A DNA stretch of 64,000 nt, taken from positions 3,680,001 to 3,744,000 of the forward strand of contig OY769902.1 of the NCBI GenBank assembly GCA_963669175.1, written 5' to 3'. Numbering within the stretch: position 1 is the first letter of the stretch; each line of letters starts with the position of its first letter. Under the pieces are notes generated by a model, which saw nothing but the letters and a program-made list of their open reading frames with translations, ran no database searches and was not told the origin of the DNA. Shown here piece after piece: positions 46,229 to 56,846 of the stretch. The DNA is from a bacterium. Its GTDB lineage: Bacteria > Electryoneota > Electryoneia > Electryoneales > Electryoneaceae. The position numbers and the translations under genes are program-made.

Positions 46229-49200
46229 ATGCACAGGCGGTTCATCCTCTCGATCTGGCTGCTGGCCTTTTCCAGTTCGTTGTTATTCGCACAAACCCAA
46301 CTCCAGCGTGACGCCCTGCAGGATCTCAAGCAACGGATCACTGCACAGGAAGCACAATGGCATGGTCCGGCCTTTCAGCAATTGAAGGCAATGCAGTCCG
46401 GCCCAATGGGCATCTTGAATCGTGACCAGGATATTGAGCTGGTCGGTGTAGATGAAACCGGGCATATGCGTTTCCTTGAAACTCATAACCTTGTCTCGGC
46501 ACAGACTGTCAGCGCAGATGAATGCTGGCCCGGCGGGAACAGCGGTTATGATATCACAGGTTCAGGCGCGCATCTTGGCGAGGTCTGTGTATGGGATGCC
46601 GGTAGTATTCGCAGCACACATGTCGAGTTCGGAAATCGTGTCTGGATCATGGATAACAGCGACATGCATTACCATGCCACCCATGTTGGCGGCACGATTG
46701 CAGCGTCCGGCTTGAACAACGCGGCAAAGGGATTGAGCTTCGGGATTGACTATCTCTTCTCCTATGACTGGGACAGCGCCGAATCGGAAATGATTGACGC
46801 TGCACAGACATACTCAATGCACGTTTCCAACCACTCCTACGGTTATATCGCAGGCTGGCGCTACCAGTCAGATGACAATGCCTGGTACTGGTATGGCAAC
46901 GTAAACGTATCCGAAACGGAGGATTACGGTTTCGGTTTTTACGATGACCGTGCCGAGGCCTGGGATGAGATCTGCTATAACGCCCCGTACTACACCATCT
47001 GCAAATCGGCCGGCAACGACCGTGGCGATGGTCCCGGCGCCGGAACAGGACACTATGCAGAAATCAATGGCGACTGGGAATGGAGCACAACCACACGTGA
47101 ACGCGATGGCGGAAACGATGGCTACGATTGCATCGGGTATAACGGTAACGCCAAAAACATCATTACCGTAGGCGCTGTTGATGATGTTCCCGGCGGCTAC
47201 TCCACACCCGGCGGCGTAACCATGAGCAGCTTCAGCGGTTGGGGGCCGACGGATGATGGTCGTATTAAACCGGATATCGTTGCCAACGGCATCAACCTCT
47301 ATTCCACGTATTCCAGTGGTGACAACGAATACACATCCATGTCCGGCACTTCCATGTCTTCACCCAGCGCTACAGGAGCTGTAAACCTGCTGCTCCAGTA
47401 TTACAAGTCCACTCATGTCGGACAGGCGCCACGTGCGGCAACTATCAAAGGCCTGATCATTCAGACGGCTGATGAATGCGGCAACTACGATGGCCCGGAT
47501 TACCGTTTCGGCTGGGGGTTGATCAATGTTGAACATGCAGCGGACATCATTACGGCTGATGCTGCAGATGGCTTCAGTATTCAGGAAAATGTCCTGGATG
47601 ATGGCGAGATCTGGAATGTCACCTACACTTCGACCGGAGATGATCCCATTGCTTTGACGATCTGCTGGACAGATGTCCCGGGCAATTCTCCCGCGCCGGT
47701 GTTGAATGATACGACACGCATGCTGGTCAATGACCTGGATATTCGTATTGAAAATACCAGCACGGGAACCGAGTATTTCCCCTGGATCCTTGATCCGGCT
47801 TCTCCCACATCTGCTGCATCTACCGGAGATAATTACAGGGATAACGTCGAAAAAATCTACATTGAAAATCCCCAGGCAGGCGATTATCTCGTAACCGTTT
47901 CCCATAAAGGAACGCTGGAAACCGGTTCACAGGCCTATTCGCTGATCGTGTCCGGATTGGAATGGACTGAAGATCCTCGCATTCCTCCTTCCAACCTGGC
48001 GGCGGAAGTTGATTACGCCAACGGCGAAGTCACGCTTTCCTGGGACATGGAAGAACTGAACGATTTTCTCAACTTCCGTGTATACCGTAACCTCGAAGAT
48101 GTCGGTGATAGTGATGACAACGAGTTTACAGACCGTCTCGAAGATTTTGGCACCTACACTTACCAGGTAACGTCGATCTGGGATGAAGGCGAATCGACAG
48201 CGTCGAACGAAGTGACTGTCAATTACGCAGAACCCATCGCCCCTACAGCGATTCACGTAACCTGGAACGAAGAAACACCCGGCGAGTTGACCCTGAGCTG
48301 GCAACATATGGAACTGGAAGAACTGTCCTATGATGATGGTTCCTCGGAAGATCCCGTTTCATTTGTCACAACCAGCCCGGCCGGTTCGTTCTTCACCGAA
48401 CGCTACACCGCCACGATTCCCGGCCCGCTGGCCGAAATCGGCGCCTACCTTGGCGCACACGAAGTCAACGGCTTCGGTCCGGTCCGGTTTATCGTATTCG
48501 CTGAAGGTGAAACGGAAGAGCGTGGTGGCGACACCCTGTTCATCTCGGATTCCTTCACCCCCGATACCGAAGACTGGTATTGGATGAACATCATTGACGA
48601 AGGCATTGTGCTTGAAGAAGGTGAAGACTATTGGGTAGCGGTTTCCTGGGATTCGCCCGGGTATACAGTGCTGGGACGTGACACCAGCTCCCCGGACCGG
48701 GGACGCGGTATGGTCGTCGGCAACAATGTCTGGCTGCAACTCCCCAGCATGTGGGCCGGGAACCTGATGATCCGTTCACGCATCGGCCAGCCGCACGAAG
48801 TCGGTGTAGATGGCCTTACGGATTACCTGATTGTGCGGAACAACGAGATCCTCGCTGAGGTCACGGAAACTCATCTTGTTGACCAGCTTCCGCAGGCAGG
48901 CACGTATACCTATTCCGTTACCGCCCGTTATCAGCAGGGCCAGGAAACCGGCATGCCGCTTTCTGTCGAATGGAACGGCACCGACGTTTCCGAAAACGCT
49001 ATCGCCGACAACTTTGTTATTGGTGAAGCCTATCCGAACCCGTTCAATCCTGAAGTCAGTATCCCCATCACGGTGAATGCTTCCATGGAAGTGAAGATGG
49101 CGGTTTATGATGTGCTGGGACGTAATGTTGCTACGATCCAACGCCAGGTCGGCCCCGGTCTGCACCGGATGACCTGGAACGGGCAAAGCATGGCAGCAGG

Positions 49201-49267
49201 CGTCTACTTCATCCAGGTTCAGGCCGGTAACGTGAAAACCATGCGCAAGGTCGTTTTGATGAAGTAA
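46229..49267 (+). CDS. Secreted S8 (subtilisin-like) serine peptidase with FN3-like domains and T9SS-type C-terminal domain
   Basis: 'VWDAG' (Asp), 'HATHVGGTI' (His), 'SAGN', 'SGTSMSSP' (Ser), 'AYPNPFNP'. Confidence 0.93.
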   Translation: MHRRFILSIWLLAFSSSLLFAQTQLQRDALQDLKQRITAQEAQWHGPAFQQLKAMQSGPMGILNRDQDIELVGVDETGHMRFLETHNLVSAQTVSADECWPGGNSGYDITGSGAHLGEVCVWDAGSIRSTHVEFGNRVWIMDNSDMHYHATHVGGTIAASGLNNAAKGLSFGIDYLFSYDWDSAESEMIDAAQTYSMHVSNHSYGYIAGWRYQSDDNAWYWYGNVNVSETEDYGFGFYDDRAEAWDEICYNAPYYTICKSAGNDRGDGPGAGTGHYAEINGDWEWSTTTRERDGGNDGYDCIGYNGNAKNIITVGAVDDVPGGYSTPGGVTMSSFSGWGPTDDGRIKPDIVANGINLYSTYSSGDNEYTSMSGTSMSSPSATGAVNLLLQYYKSTHVGQAPRAATIKGLIIQTADECGNYDGPDYRFGWGLINVEHAADIITADAADGFSIQENVLDDGEIWNVTYTSTGDDPIALTICWTDVPGNSPAPVLNDTTRMLVNDLDIRIENTSTGTEYFPWILDPASPTSAASTGDNYRDNVEKIYIENPQAGDYLVTVSHKGTLETGSQAYSLIVSGLEWTEDPRIPPSNLAAEVDYANGEVTLSWDMEELNDFLNFRVYRNLEDVGDSDDNEFTDRLEDFGTYTYQVTSIWDEGESTASNEVTVNYAEPIAPTAIHVTWNEETPGELTLSWQHMELEELSYDDGSSEDPVSFVTTSPAGSFFTERYTATIPGPLAEIGAYLGAHEVNGFGPVRFIVFAEGETEERGGDTLFISDSFTPDTEDWYWMNIIDEGIVLEEGEDYWVAVSWDSPGYTVLGRDTSSPDRGRGMVVGNNVWLQLPSMWAGNLMIRSRIGQPHEVGVDGLTDYLIVRNNEILAEVTETHLVDQLPQAGTYTYSVTARYQQGQETGMPLSVEWNGTDVSENAIADNFVIGEAYPNPFNPEVSIPITVNASMEVKMAVYDVLGRNVATIQRQVGPGLHRMTWNGQSMAAGVYFIQVQAGNVKTMRKVVLMK

Positions 49268-49346
49268 TCATCTGATTTGTACAGTGATCATCTGATTTGT
49301 ACAGTGATCAGTTGACTTGTACAGTGATTATCTGATTTGCAAAGTA
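49267..49346. repeat. 20-bp tandem repeat x4 (ATCATCTGATTTGTACAGTG)
   Basis: Two exact and two degenerate copies between the stop codon and the terminator. Confidence 0.9.
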
Positions 49347-49358
49347 ACAACTCTATTG

Positions 49359-49385
49359 GCCCCGCCGGCTTGTCCGGCGGGGTTT
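49359..49385 (+). terminator. Intrinsic terminator
   Basis: CCCCGCCGG-CTTGT-CCGGCGGGG-TTT. Confidence 0.8.
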
Positions 49386-49958
49386 ATTCTAAATAAAATA
49401 AAGATTTACCCATTATCCCCTTCTATTCGACAGTGATACAAAACTCTTCAGGTTCGACTGGCCCGATACACAATTATATCCGACCCGATGCGCTCAAGGC
49501 CTCATCTTAGCTTTACTACTTTATCAGCGTATTCCGGGATCAATATCAGTTGAAGCATTGCCACTTATTGCCACTTGCGGATCGGGCCAGCCGGTCTTTT
49601 TGAGAATTGCTGTAATCCTACAGCCCCCCTCGGAGCAAAATTGAGTATCCATACCCAAGGTTCATTTTCCAATATGGTCACAATCCCGACTTTGTCCATC
49701 AGAATCTGATGTGAGAGAAAGCTTTGTTTCTAATTCCAGTGCAACAAGATAACAACATCATCGCAAGGCAAAATCGGGCCAGCCTCGGAGGGTGATATTC
49801 ACCCGGGCGCCCTCCTCTTTGACGATTGCAAGGTAGAAAAATGAAAAATCTTTCAAACTTCCTTGTCATCAGGACTTTTTCCTCTTTAGTATAATAGAAG
49901 CTTGCTGATTTTATTAGTTACACCCACCTGCCACGAACAGTTGCAAAAGGAGGAAGCC

Positions 49959-52355
49959 ATGCGGAGCCGGATTCTTTTGGTCCCCTTGATGTGCCTGTTA
50001 TTTACTGTGCCCGCCCTGTCCTTCGAGGATGATTTCGAGGATGGGCTCGGGAACTGGACAGGAGACTGGCAACTCACCACGGAACAGGCCCACGGCGGTT
50101 CGTACAGCATCACCGACAGTCCGGGAGCTGACTACGCCGCCGACATGACCTACAACATCGAAATGGCCACAGGCGAAGACCTTTCTGACGCCCTGGGCGC
50201 AGAACTGTCATTCTGGGTACGCGCTGATACGGAAGCCGATTTCGATTACTGGTATCTCGATATCACCACCGACGGTGGCGAACAGTGGCACAACCTGTAC
50301 ACGGAAGCCGGGCAATTTCTGGAATGGCGCGAGATGACCTTCGATATCGGAGGCTATGTCGGCAATGCGGACGTCCGTGTCCGTTTCCAGCTTATTTCTG
50401 ACGGCGGCACTGAAGAGGATGGCCTTTGGATCGATGATGTCTCAATTATTGGCAACGATGAAGACACCAGCCCGCCTCTCATTGTTCACAGCCCCATTCC
50501 GGAAAACTCGGCGGTTGACGGTATCGCTTCGCTGACCTTCACTTTCCTGGATATCAGCGGTTTCGGGGATATCGACCTGTATTATACCGTTGATGGCGGT
50601 GATGAGGTTACAGTCTCGGATTACACGGTCAACGCAGAAGACTATACCTTTGAGATTCCCGTTTATCCTGCCGGTTCACGTGTTGAGTATTACGTGATCG
50701 CCAGCGACGGCGCAGAACCCGCAAATGAAGGAGAATACGGGCCATTCTCGTATTACTGCGGCACAATGCTCTGTTACGATGATTCTGATGTTGCCTTCAT
50801 CAATTCGCCTTCAGCCGATTATTCCTATACGACACAGTTCACAGTGGAAGAAGAGCTGTACCTGGTGGGCTTGTTTTTCCGCTTCTACATGGATCCCTCG
50901 CATGGCCTGGACTCGGTGGATGTGAAGGTTTGGGAGTATAACGATGGCGAACCGGGGGATGTCATTTATGAGATGGCACAATTCCCGGGCAACGAGGAAG
51001 GCCGTCCATATCAGCTAACTTTTGTTGATCTTCGCGATGCCATGATCCTGGTAACGGACGAGTTTTATGCCGGGTATACCAATCGTGCCAGTATCCCGGT
51101 TATCGGGTACACCTCCCCAGCGGTTTCAGGCCGAAGCCTGCAAAACACTGGTGGCACATGGTCTGATTTCTCCGGAGACCTGCATATCCGGGCTCTGGTC
51201 GGGCAACGTGAGCCTACCGAAGTCACCTGTGAAGCGATCCAGACTGATCCTAACCTCGACGGCGAATACATCCGTACTTCCGGCATCATCACCCTGGCCC
51301 CGAATACCACCTGGACTACTCGCACAGAAGCATGGATTCAAGATGAGACCGGGTATGGTGTCAAGCTGTTCCAGTTGGAACCAACAGAAAATGTATTCCG
51401 TGGCGACGAAGTTGATATTGTCGGCTTTGTTGACGAGTTCATGGGAACCACTCGTATCGTTGATTATACGCTGCAAGTGTTATCGACAGGGAATGATCTG
51501 CCGGAGCCACTTACCGGAACGACGGCCGAGATGGCCGCTTATGCAACCATGGAAGGAAGCTGGGCTGAGATTACCGGTATCCTGCAGGACGAGCCGCCTG
51601 ATCAACCAACCAGCGTCACACTGAATGTCGATGATGGGTCCGGACCGTGCGAGATGCGGCTCTTCGTGACATCCGAACTGGATTTGACCGGGTATGAACA
51701 ATACGACGGTATCACTGTACGGGGGCCGTTGTATGTGGAGGGCGATGCGATACAGATTGTCCCATCAGTGGATGCTGACATTGAACCGGCGGACGGCCTG
51801 GAAGCGCCTGTTTCTTTCGATGCGGTAATCGATAGTGTAAAAGGTGAAGTGGCACTGTCCTGGAGTTTCGGCTTTGTCGAGGGCTTTGAACGATTCCACA
51901 TTTTCCGTGATGATGAGTTGCTGGACACCCTGGTTGCGACCAGCTTCAGCGACACACTTACCGAACATGGGGACTATGCCTACACCCTGGTTGCCGAATA
52001 CATCAACGGTATGGCTGCCTGCCAGGATACGGTATTCATTAACTGGGTTGGCAGTAATGTTCCGGAAGGCGTATTCGCAGGTATCCCGGAAGAGTTCGGT
52101 ATTGCGGCAACGTACCCGAATCCGTTTAACAGCGCAGTCAGTGTGATGGTTGCGGTGGCTGATCCGTCCGAAGTTAAAACCGTGGTCTTCAACCTGCTGG
52201 GACGCAATGTGGCGACAATTCATTCCGGCCAGCTAACGGCAGGATATCACCGGTTCGTCTGGAATGCGGACAACCTGCCCACAGGTGTCTATTTTCTGCG
52301 GACAACGACGTCCAACGGTGAGAAGGCCATCAGGAAGATTACGTATGTGAAGTAG
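49959..52355 (+). CDS. Secreted multidomain acidic protein (MAM/jelly-roll-like, OB-fold-like, FN3) with T9SS-type C-terminal domain
   Basis: 'FEDDFEDG', 'VRFQLISDG...GLWIDDV', 'WIQDETG', 'VDDGSG', 'TYPNPFNS'. AGGAGG RBS. Confidence 0.78.
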   Translation: MRSRILLVPLMCLLFTVPALSFEDDFEDGLGNWTGDWQLTTEQAHGGSYSITDSPGADYAADMTYNIEMATGEDLSDALGAELSFWVRADTEADFDYWYLDITTDGGEQWHNLYTEAGQFLEWREMTFDIGGYVGNADVRVRFQLISDGGTEEDGLWIDDVSIIGNDEDTSPPLIVHSPIPENSAVDGIASLTFTFLDISGFGDIDLYYTVDGGDEVTVSDYTVNAEDYTFEIPVYPAGSRVEYYVIASDGAEPANEGEYGPFSYYCGTMLCYDDSDVAFINSPSADYSYTTQFTVEEELYLVGLFFRFYMDPSHGLDSVDVKVWEYNDGEPGDVIYEMAQFPGNEEGRPYQLTFVDLRDAMILVTDEFYAGYTNRASIPVIGYTSPAVSGRSLQNTGGTWSDFSGDLHIRALVGQREPTEVTCEAIQTDPNLDGEYIRTSGIITLAPNTTWTTRTEAWIQDETGYGVKLFQLEPTENVFRGDEVDIVGFVDEFMGTTRIVDYTLQVLSTGNDLPEPLTGTTAEMAAYATMEGSWAEITGILQDEPPDQPTSVTLNVDDGSGPCEMRLFVTSELDLTGYEQYDGITVRGPLYVEGDAIQIVPSVDADIEPADGLEAPVSFDAVIDSVKGEVALSWSFGFVEGFERFHIFRDDELLDTLVATSFSDTLTEHGDYAYTLVAEYINGMAACQDTVFINWVGSNVPEGVFAGIPEEFGIAATYPNPFNSAVSVMVAVADPSEVKTVVFNLLGRNVATIHSGQLTAGYHRFVWNADNLPTGVYFLRTTTSNGEKAIRKITYVK

Positions 52356-52416
52356 CGATCAGGAGGATCTCGACCAAAGTATACTGGTCATGATCTTTCA
52401 GGTGATATGAGATATT

Positions 52417-52450
52417 CAACAAACCTCGCCGATGTGGCGGGGTTTGTTGT
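52417..52450. terminator. Bidirectional terminator between convergent genes
   Basis: CAACAAACCTCGCC-GATGT-GGCGGGGTTTGTT. Confidence 0.7.
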
Positions 52451-52476
52451 TACCAGTATTTCCAAAAGACGATAGC

Positions 52477-54486
52477 CTACTGAATGAAAACGATTTTACG
52501 CAGATCATGCATTTGACCGGGAATTTCGGCAGAAATGAAATATATCCCACTGGCATGTCCGGATGCGTCGAAAGAGAATTGCGTATACCCGGCATCCTGG
52601 TATCCATCGCAAAGTTGGGCAATTTCTTTCCCCAGAATATTAAAAACACTGATTCGCAAGTTGGCTGATTCCGGTAAACCTACGGTGACTATTACTGAAG
52701 AATTGAAAGGGTTTGGATAGAGCGAAGAAATGGCGAATTCATCAGGTATTCCACCAAGATTGATCTTGGGCGCAATGGACAAATCCCTGTAGAAAAAGGA
52801 CCAGGTTTCATTCGACCATGTACTGTCGCCATTGCTGTCTACGGCGAGGACTTTCCACCAGTAATCGGTACTGTCTACCAGGCCATTATAGTTTGCTGTC
52901 GTATCGGTTCCTGCATCCAGTTCATCCGGTTCACTGAAATTTTCGTCTGTGTCGATAAAGAGCGTGTAGGTAATAATATCCACAGGATTAGGATCGTAAG
53001 CTGTTTCCCAGGTAAGTGAGATATTTGGCTCATTGACCTCTGATTCATCCAGTGGTGCGATAAGACTGAACTCCTCCGGCGGTGCAGGGCTATACGTAGA
53101 AAATGTCCATTCTTCTTCCGAAAACGCACCAATATTTTCCGTTCCGGATGCGTAAACCTTCCACCAGTACTGCGTTTCTGCTTCCAAGCCATCAAAGGTA
53201 CAGAAAGTATCTGTCCCAACTTCGATAATGTTCGGATCAGTGAAATCTTCGTCTGTAGCGATGTACAAAGAATACTCTATCTCGACGTCAGGTATCAAGC
53301 ACTCCGTAGCTTCCCATCTCATTGTTACTGTTGAAGCATCGAAAACGCTCGCATCAGCTGGTGATAACAGTGAGAACTCACCAACCAGGTCCGGGTTAAG
53401 TTCGTTTTCGTGGAAGTATAATGAGGTGCGACTGAAACTCACACTCACAATGTCTTCATCGAAATCACCATCCAGGTCTACAGTACACATCCCATGTGGA
53501 TAGCTGTCATCAACTTCTGTTCGCGTAAACGACTCATTCCCATCATTCTCGAAACAATAGATGTAATGTGTTGATACTGAGCCGCTTATTACATCAATGT
53601 CACCGTCCTGATCAAAATCCGCGGCTCCCATATCATAATTATCCCTGCTGCCTACCAGGTAGTGTACAGTCCAGTTTATCGGGTCACCACCACCATTCTC
53701 AAACCATTCTGCGCTTGGGTGGCCGGTTTCACCTGCGGCCAGGATATCCATATCGCCATCGCTGTCAACATCGCCAAGTTTCAGCATTTTAGGGCCATTA
53801 TAGTTATCAGAAACATATCTTTGCGTCCAATCTCCATTACCTTCGTTTTCCCACCAGCAGATAATGTCTTCCGTCGGGGAGCCGCCAACAACATCGCCAT
53901 CACCGTCGCCATCGAAATCCACAGCGCAAAGGGTGCGAATCCTGTCAACTTCGGAATCTATAATATGCTCTGTCCATCCATCCTCTTCCGGAGTTCCATC
54001 ATTCTCCCACCACAGAACATCATTTTCACCGCCGGAGACAATATCAATGTCGCCATCACCATCAATATCTGCAGGATAGCAACAGAGGAGCGTATCCATA
54101 TCTGATGCGACTGTATACCTGGTAAACTCAGCATCGCCATTATTACAGAACCAATAAACTTCATCATGATCAATACTCTCGGTTACAATATCCATATCGC
54201 CATCGCCGTCAAGGTCAACGATATTGACACTCCGGGGCGAGAACAGCGAATCGATTTCAACCGGTGCAAATTCCTGATTGCCATCATTTTCCCACCAGCG
54301 GAGCATATTGTTGTTGCCCTCAATCGGGACAATATCCACATCGCCATCGCCATCAAGATCTGCGGCAGCAACTTGACGGGGGTTATTAAGATTGCTTGCA
54401 ATAGTATTCGTTGTAAACTCAATTTCTGCGTAAACAGTAGAAATGCAAATTGCTGAAAACAAAACTACTACAAATTTCGATTTCAT
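52477..54486 (-). CDS. Secreted FG-GAP/VCBS-repeat protein with FN3-like domains and T9SS-type C-terminal domain
   Basis: About 7 repeats of D.DGDGD.D.....WWEN.G; 'YWWKV'; 'LYPNPFNS'. Confidence 0.9.
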   Translation of the reverse strand: MKSKFVVVLFSAICISTVYAEIEFTTNTIASNLNNPRQVAAADLDGDGDVDIVPIEGNNNMLRWWENDGNQEFAPVEIDSLFSPRSVNIVDLDGDGDMDIVTESIDHDEVYWFCNNGDAEFTRYTVASDMDTLLCCYPADIDGDGDIDIVSGGENDVLWWENDGTPEEDGWTEHIIDSEVDRIRTLCAVDFDGDGDGDVVGGSPTEDIICWWENEGNGDWTQRYVSDNYNGPKMLKLGDVDSDGDMDILAAGETGHPSAEWFENGGGDPINWTVHYLVGSRDNYDMGAADFDQDGDIDVISGSVSTHYIYCFENDGNESFTRTEVDDSYPHGMCTVDLDGDFDEDIVSVSFSRTSLYFHENELNPDLVGEFSLLSPADASVFDASTVTMRWEATECLIPDVEIEYSLYIATDEDFTDPNIIEVGTDTFCTFDGLEAETQYWWKVYASGTENIGAFSEEEWTFSTYSPAPPEEFSLIAPLDESEVNEPNISLTWETAYDPNPVDIITYTLFIDTDENFSEPDELDAGTDTTANYNGLVDSTDYWWKVLAVDSNGDSTWSNETWSFFYRDLSIAPKINLGGIPDEFAISSLYPNPFNSSVIVTVGLPESANLRISVFNILGKEIAQLCDGYQDAGYTQFSFDASGHASGIYFISAEIPGQMHDLRKIVFIQ

Positions 54487-55064
54487 GTTTCCCTCGCGTT
54501 TGTAAACAACGTGTAATCACAGGATAATAGCAAATGAACTCAAAAAATACTACAACGTATTTATCTATTATTTCCAAGTTTATGATAGTAAGAATGACTT
54601 CTCTATAGAATCAAGTATAAAAATTCAAAAGTAAAAAATGACTCAAAGTAAATAGCACCCTATAGCCGTCCCCGAAAGTCTTTCCGTTTCAGGTTGGCGG
54701 CAGATTCATTCTGGCACTGAACATCTTTCTTGTTTAGGGTCCGATTCTCCCCGGTTGCACTCTTTGATTGCACTCTTTCGAATCAGCAAAAAACTTTCGG
54801 GCACAACTATTTGAGAACAGGAATTTATAGTGAATTGAATTGTCAAAACAGGAAGACAGCGCTAATTTGCGTCTGACTAGCTTTTTACAGGCAAGCAGAC
54901 AGTCCAGTCAGAGAGCTGTTCTTTCTTTTACCTGAATCGTCTAAAACCGTGACTCACCTCTTGTCCTGTAACGTGCAGAATCCTATCTTTTACCGATACT
55001 TGAAGAGTGTTATTTTTATGGCGGTAAACCTTCATCGAACGCACCAAGTCGCGAGGAGATAGAC

Positions 55065-55406
55065 ATGAAAATCAAGTCGAAGCTCTACGAAAGTGTCGTA
55101 GTCATCGAGTTGAAGGGTAAAATCATGGGTGGTCCGGAAGCGAAAGAATTCCGTGACGAACTCCAGAAGTATCTTGACCAGGGGATCAAGAAGATCGTTA
55201 TCGACCTGGGCAAAGTGGACTGGATGAACTCATCCGGCCTTGGCATCCTGATCGGCGGTCTTACTACAGTCCGTAACAACCTGGGCGATATGAAACTCGC
55301 GCGAGTTACCGACAAGATCAAATCGCTACTCATGATCACCAAGCTGGTCCAGGTGTTTGATTCACATGATACCGTTGAAGGCGCGATAGCCTCCTTTAAC
55401 ATTTAG
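55065..55406 (+). CDS. STAS-domain anti-anti-sigma factor (RsbV/SpoIIAA-like)
   Basis: 'IDLGKVDWMNSSGLGILI' with the phosphoacceptor Ser. GAGGAG RBS. Confidence 0.93.
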   Translation: MKIKSKLYESVVVIELKGKIMGGPEAKEFRDELQKYLDQGIKKIVIDLGKVDWMNSSGLGILIGGLTTVRNNLGDMKLARVTDKIKSLLMITKLVQVFDSHDTVEGAIASFNI

Positions 55407-55454
55407 GCTGACTAGGGGAAGACGGCCGGCGATCATCCCCTGCCGTAACAGCTT

Positions 55455-56846
55455 GTGAACACAGATTATCTACATCATCTGGAGCTGGTTCTCGGTTCCT
55501 TGCATGACCTGTTGGACCGGATTCAATCCGGTGACAGCGAGGATGCTCCGCTTTCCGCTCTTCCCCAAACCACCGAATGCAGTAACATTCACAGCCAGTT
55601 GGCACAAATCCTGCACCACTTGCAAAGTGAGCAGGAACTGCTCTTGTTAAGCGATATCGCGGATTTGCTGGCTCGAGCTGTCAGCACGCGTCAGGTTCTG
55701 GAAGCAATCGTGGACGGGCTGAAAAAGATCACCCCTTACGATGCTGCCGGGATTTTCCTGCTCGACGAATACGGTTCTATCGAAGCGGAAGTATTACGTG
55801 GTTATGCCCCGGACCGCCATGATCTGGTTCATGTAAAGGTCAACGAGGGCATCATCGGCTGGGTCGTTGCCAATGCCACGGCGGCTATCGTGCCTGATGT
55901 GGAAAAAGATGAGCGTTATGTTGATGCTCGTCGTCGCACCAGCAGCGAGATGGCAGTGCCGATCATCAGCGGCGGAGATGTTGTCGGCTGCATGAACCTT
56001 GAATCGGACAACAGCGGGCAGTATTCCGAAGCTGATTTACCGCTCCTTGAAGATATGGCAGCACAGGCGGCAGTTGCGATTGATCGTGCAAAGACTTACC
56101 ACGCTCTGCTTGAATCACGCGAACGTGAGCATGAGCTTGAGATCGCACGGAGAATTCAGCAGACACTTTTGCCGCAGACGCCTCCGGAATTCCAGACTTT
56201 TGACATTTTTGGCCATAATGTGTCGTCAAAAGCGGTAGGTGGTGATTATTTTGACTTTATCCGTATCACCCCCGATGATCTTGGCATCGTCATCGCGGAT
56301 GTTTCGGGTAAAGGTGTTCCGGCGGGATTAATCATGTCGGGGCTGCGTGGCGCTTTACGATCCAAGATCGAGACGACGTATTCCATAGATGCCATTATTC
56401 AGCAGATTAATCGTTTTCTCTATGAATCGACAGGGCCGGAATCGTTTGTCACCGCGTTTTATGGTGTGCTTAACCGGAAATCCGGCATCTTCACGTATGT
56501 CAACGCAGGCCACAATCCACCGCCCTGTATTCGCAGTGATGGCAGTACGGAGTGGCTTTCCATCGGAGGCCCGTTACTGGGGGTACTTCCGAAAGGGAAC
56601 TTTGAAACTGGACTGGTAAAACTTGAGCCTGGTGATATCATCGCCATGTATACGGATGGCATTGAGGAAGCAGGTGTGCAGAATGGTGAGGAATTCGGTG
56701 CGGAACGAGTCGTGACCTATCTTAAAGATCACGCTTCTGAATCCGCGAAAGCGCTGGCGCTTGGTATAGAACAAGCATCAAAGCAGTGGATAAACAACCG
56801 CGGCGGCGCCGATGATCGAACCGTAGTGGTGGTGAAACGCACATGA
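55455..56846 (+). CDS. GAF-domain PP2C/SpoIIE phosphatase (RsbU-like)
   Basis: GAF 'SEMAVPI', 'VGGDYFD', 'ADVSGKG', 'VNAGHNPP', 'YTDG', 'DDRT'. Confidence 0.93.
   Translation: MNTDYLHHLELVLGSLHDLLDRIQSGDSEDAPLSALPQTTECSNIHSQLAQILHHLQSEQELLLLSDIADLLARAVSTRQVLEAIVDGLKKITPYDAAGIFLLDEYGSIEAEVLRGYAPDRHDLVHVKVNEGIIGWVVANATAAIVPDVEKDERYVDARRRTSSEMAVPIISGGDVVGCMNLESDNSGQYSEADLPLLEDMAAQAAVAIDRAKTYHALLESREREHELEIARRIQQTLLPQTPPEFQTFDIFGHNVSSKAVGGDYFDFIRITPDDLGIVIADVSGKGVPAGLIMSGLRGALRSKIETTYSIDAIIQQINRFLYESTGPESFVTAFYGVLNRKSGIFTYVNAGHNPPPCIRSDGSTEWLSIGGPLLGVLPKGNFETGLVKLEPGDIIAMYTDGIEEAGVQNGEEFGAERVVTYLKDHASESAKALALGIEQASKQWINNRGGADDRTVVVVKRT

Noticed and set aside
54487-55064. tRNA or riboswitch in long intergenic regions (also 58150-58470)
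   Set aside because: No cloverleaf, T-loop or known aptamer consensus recognisable by eye; an Infernal scan is needed to exclude them fully.
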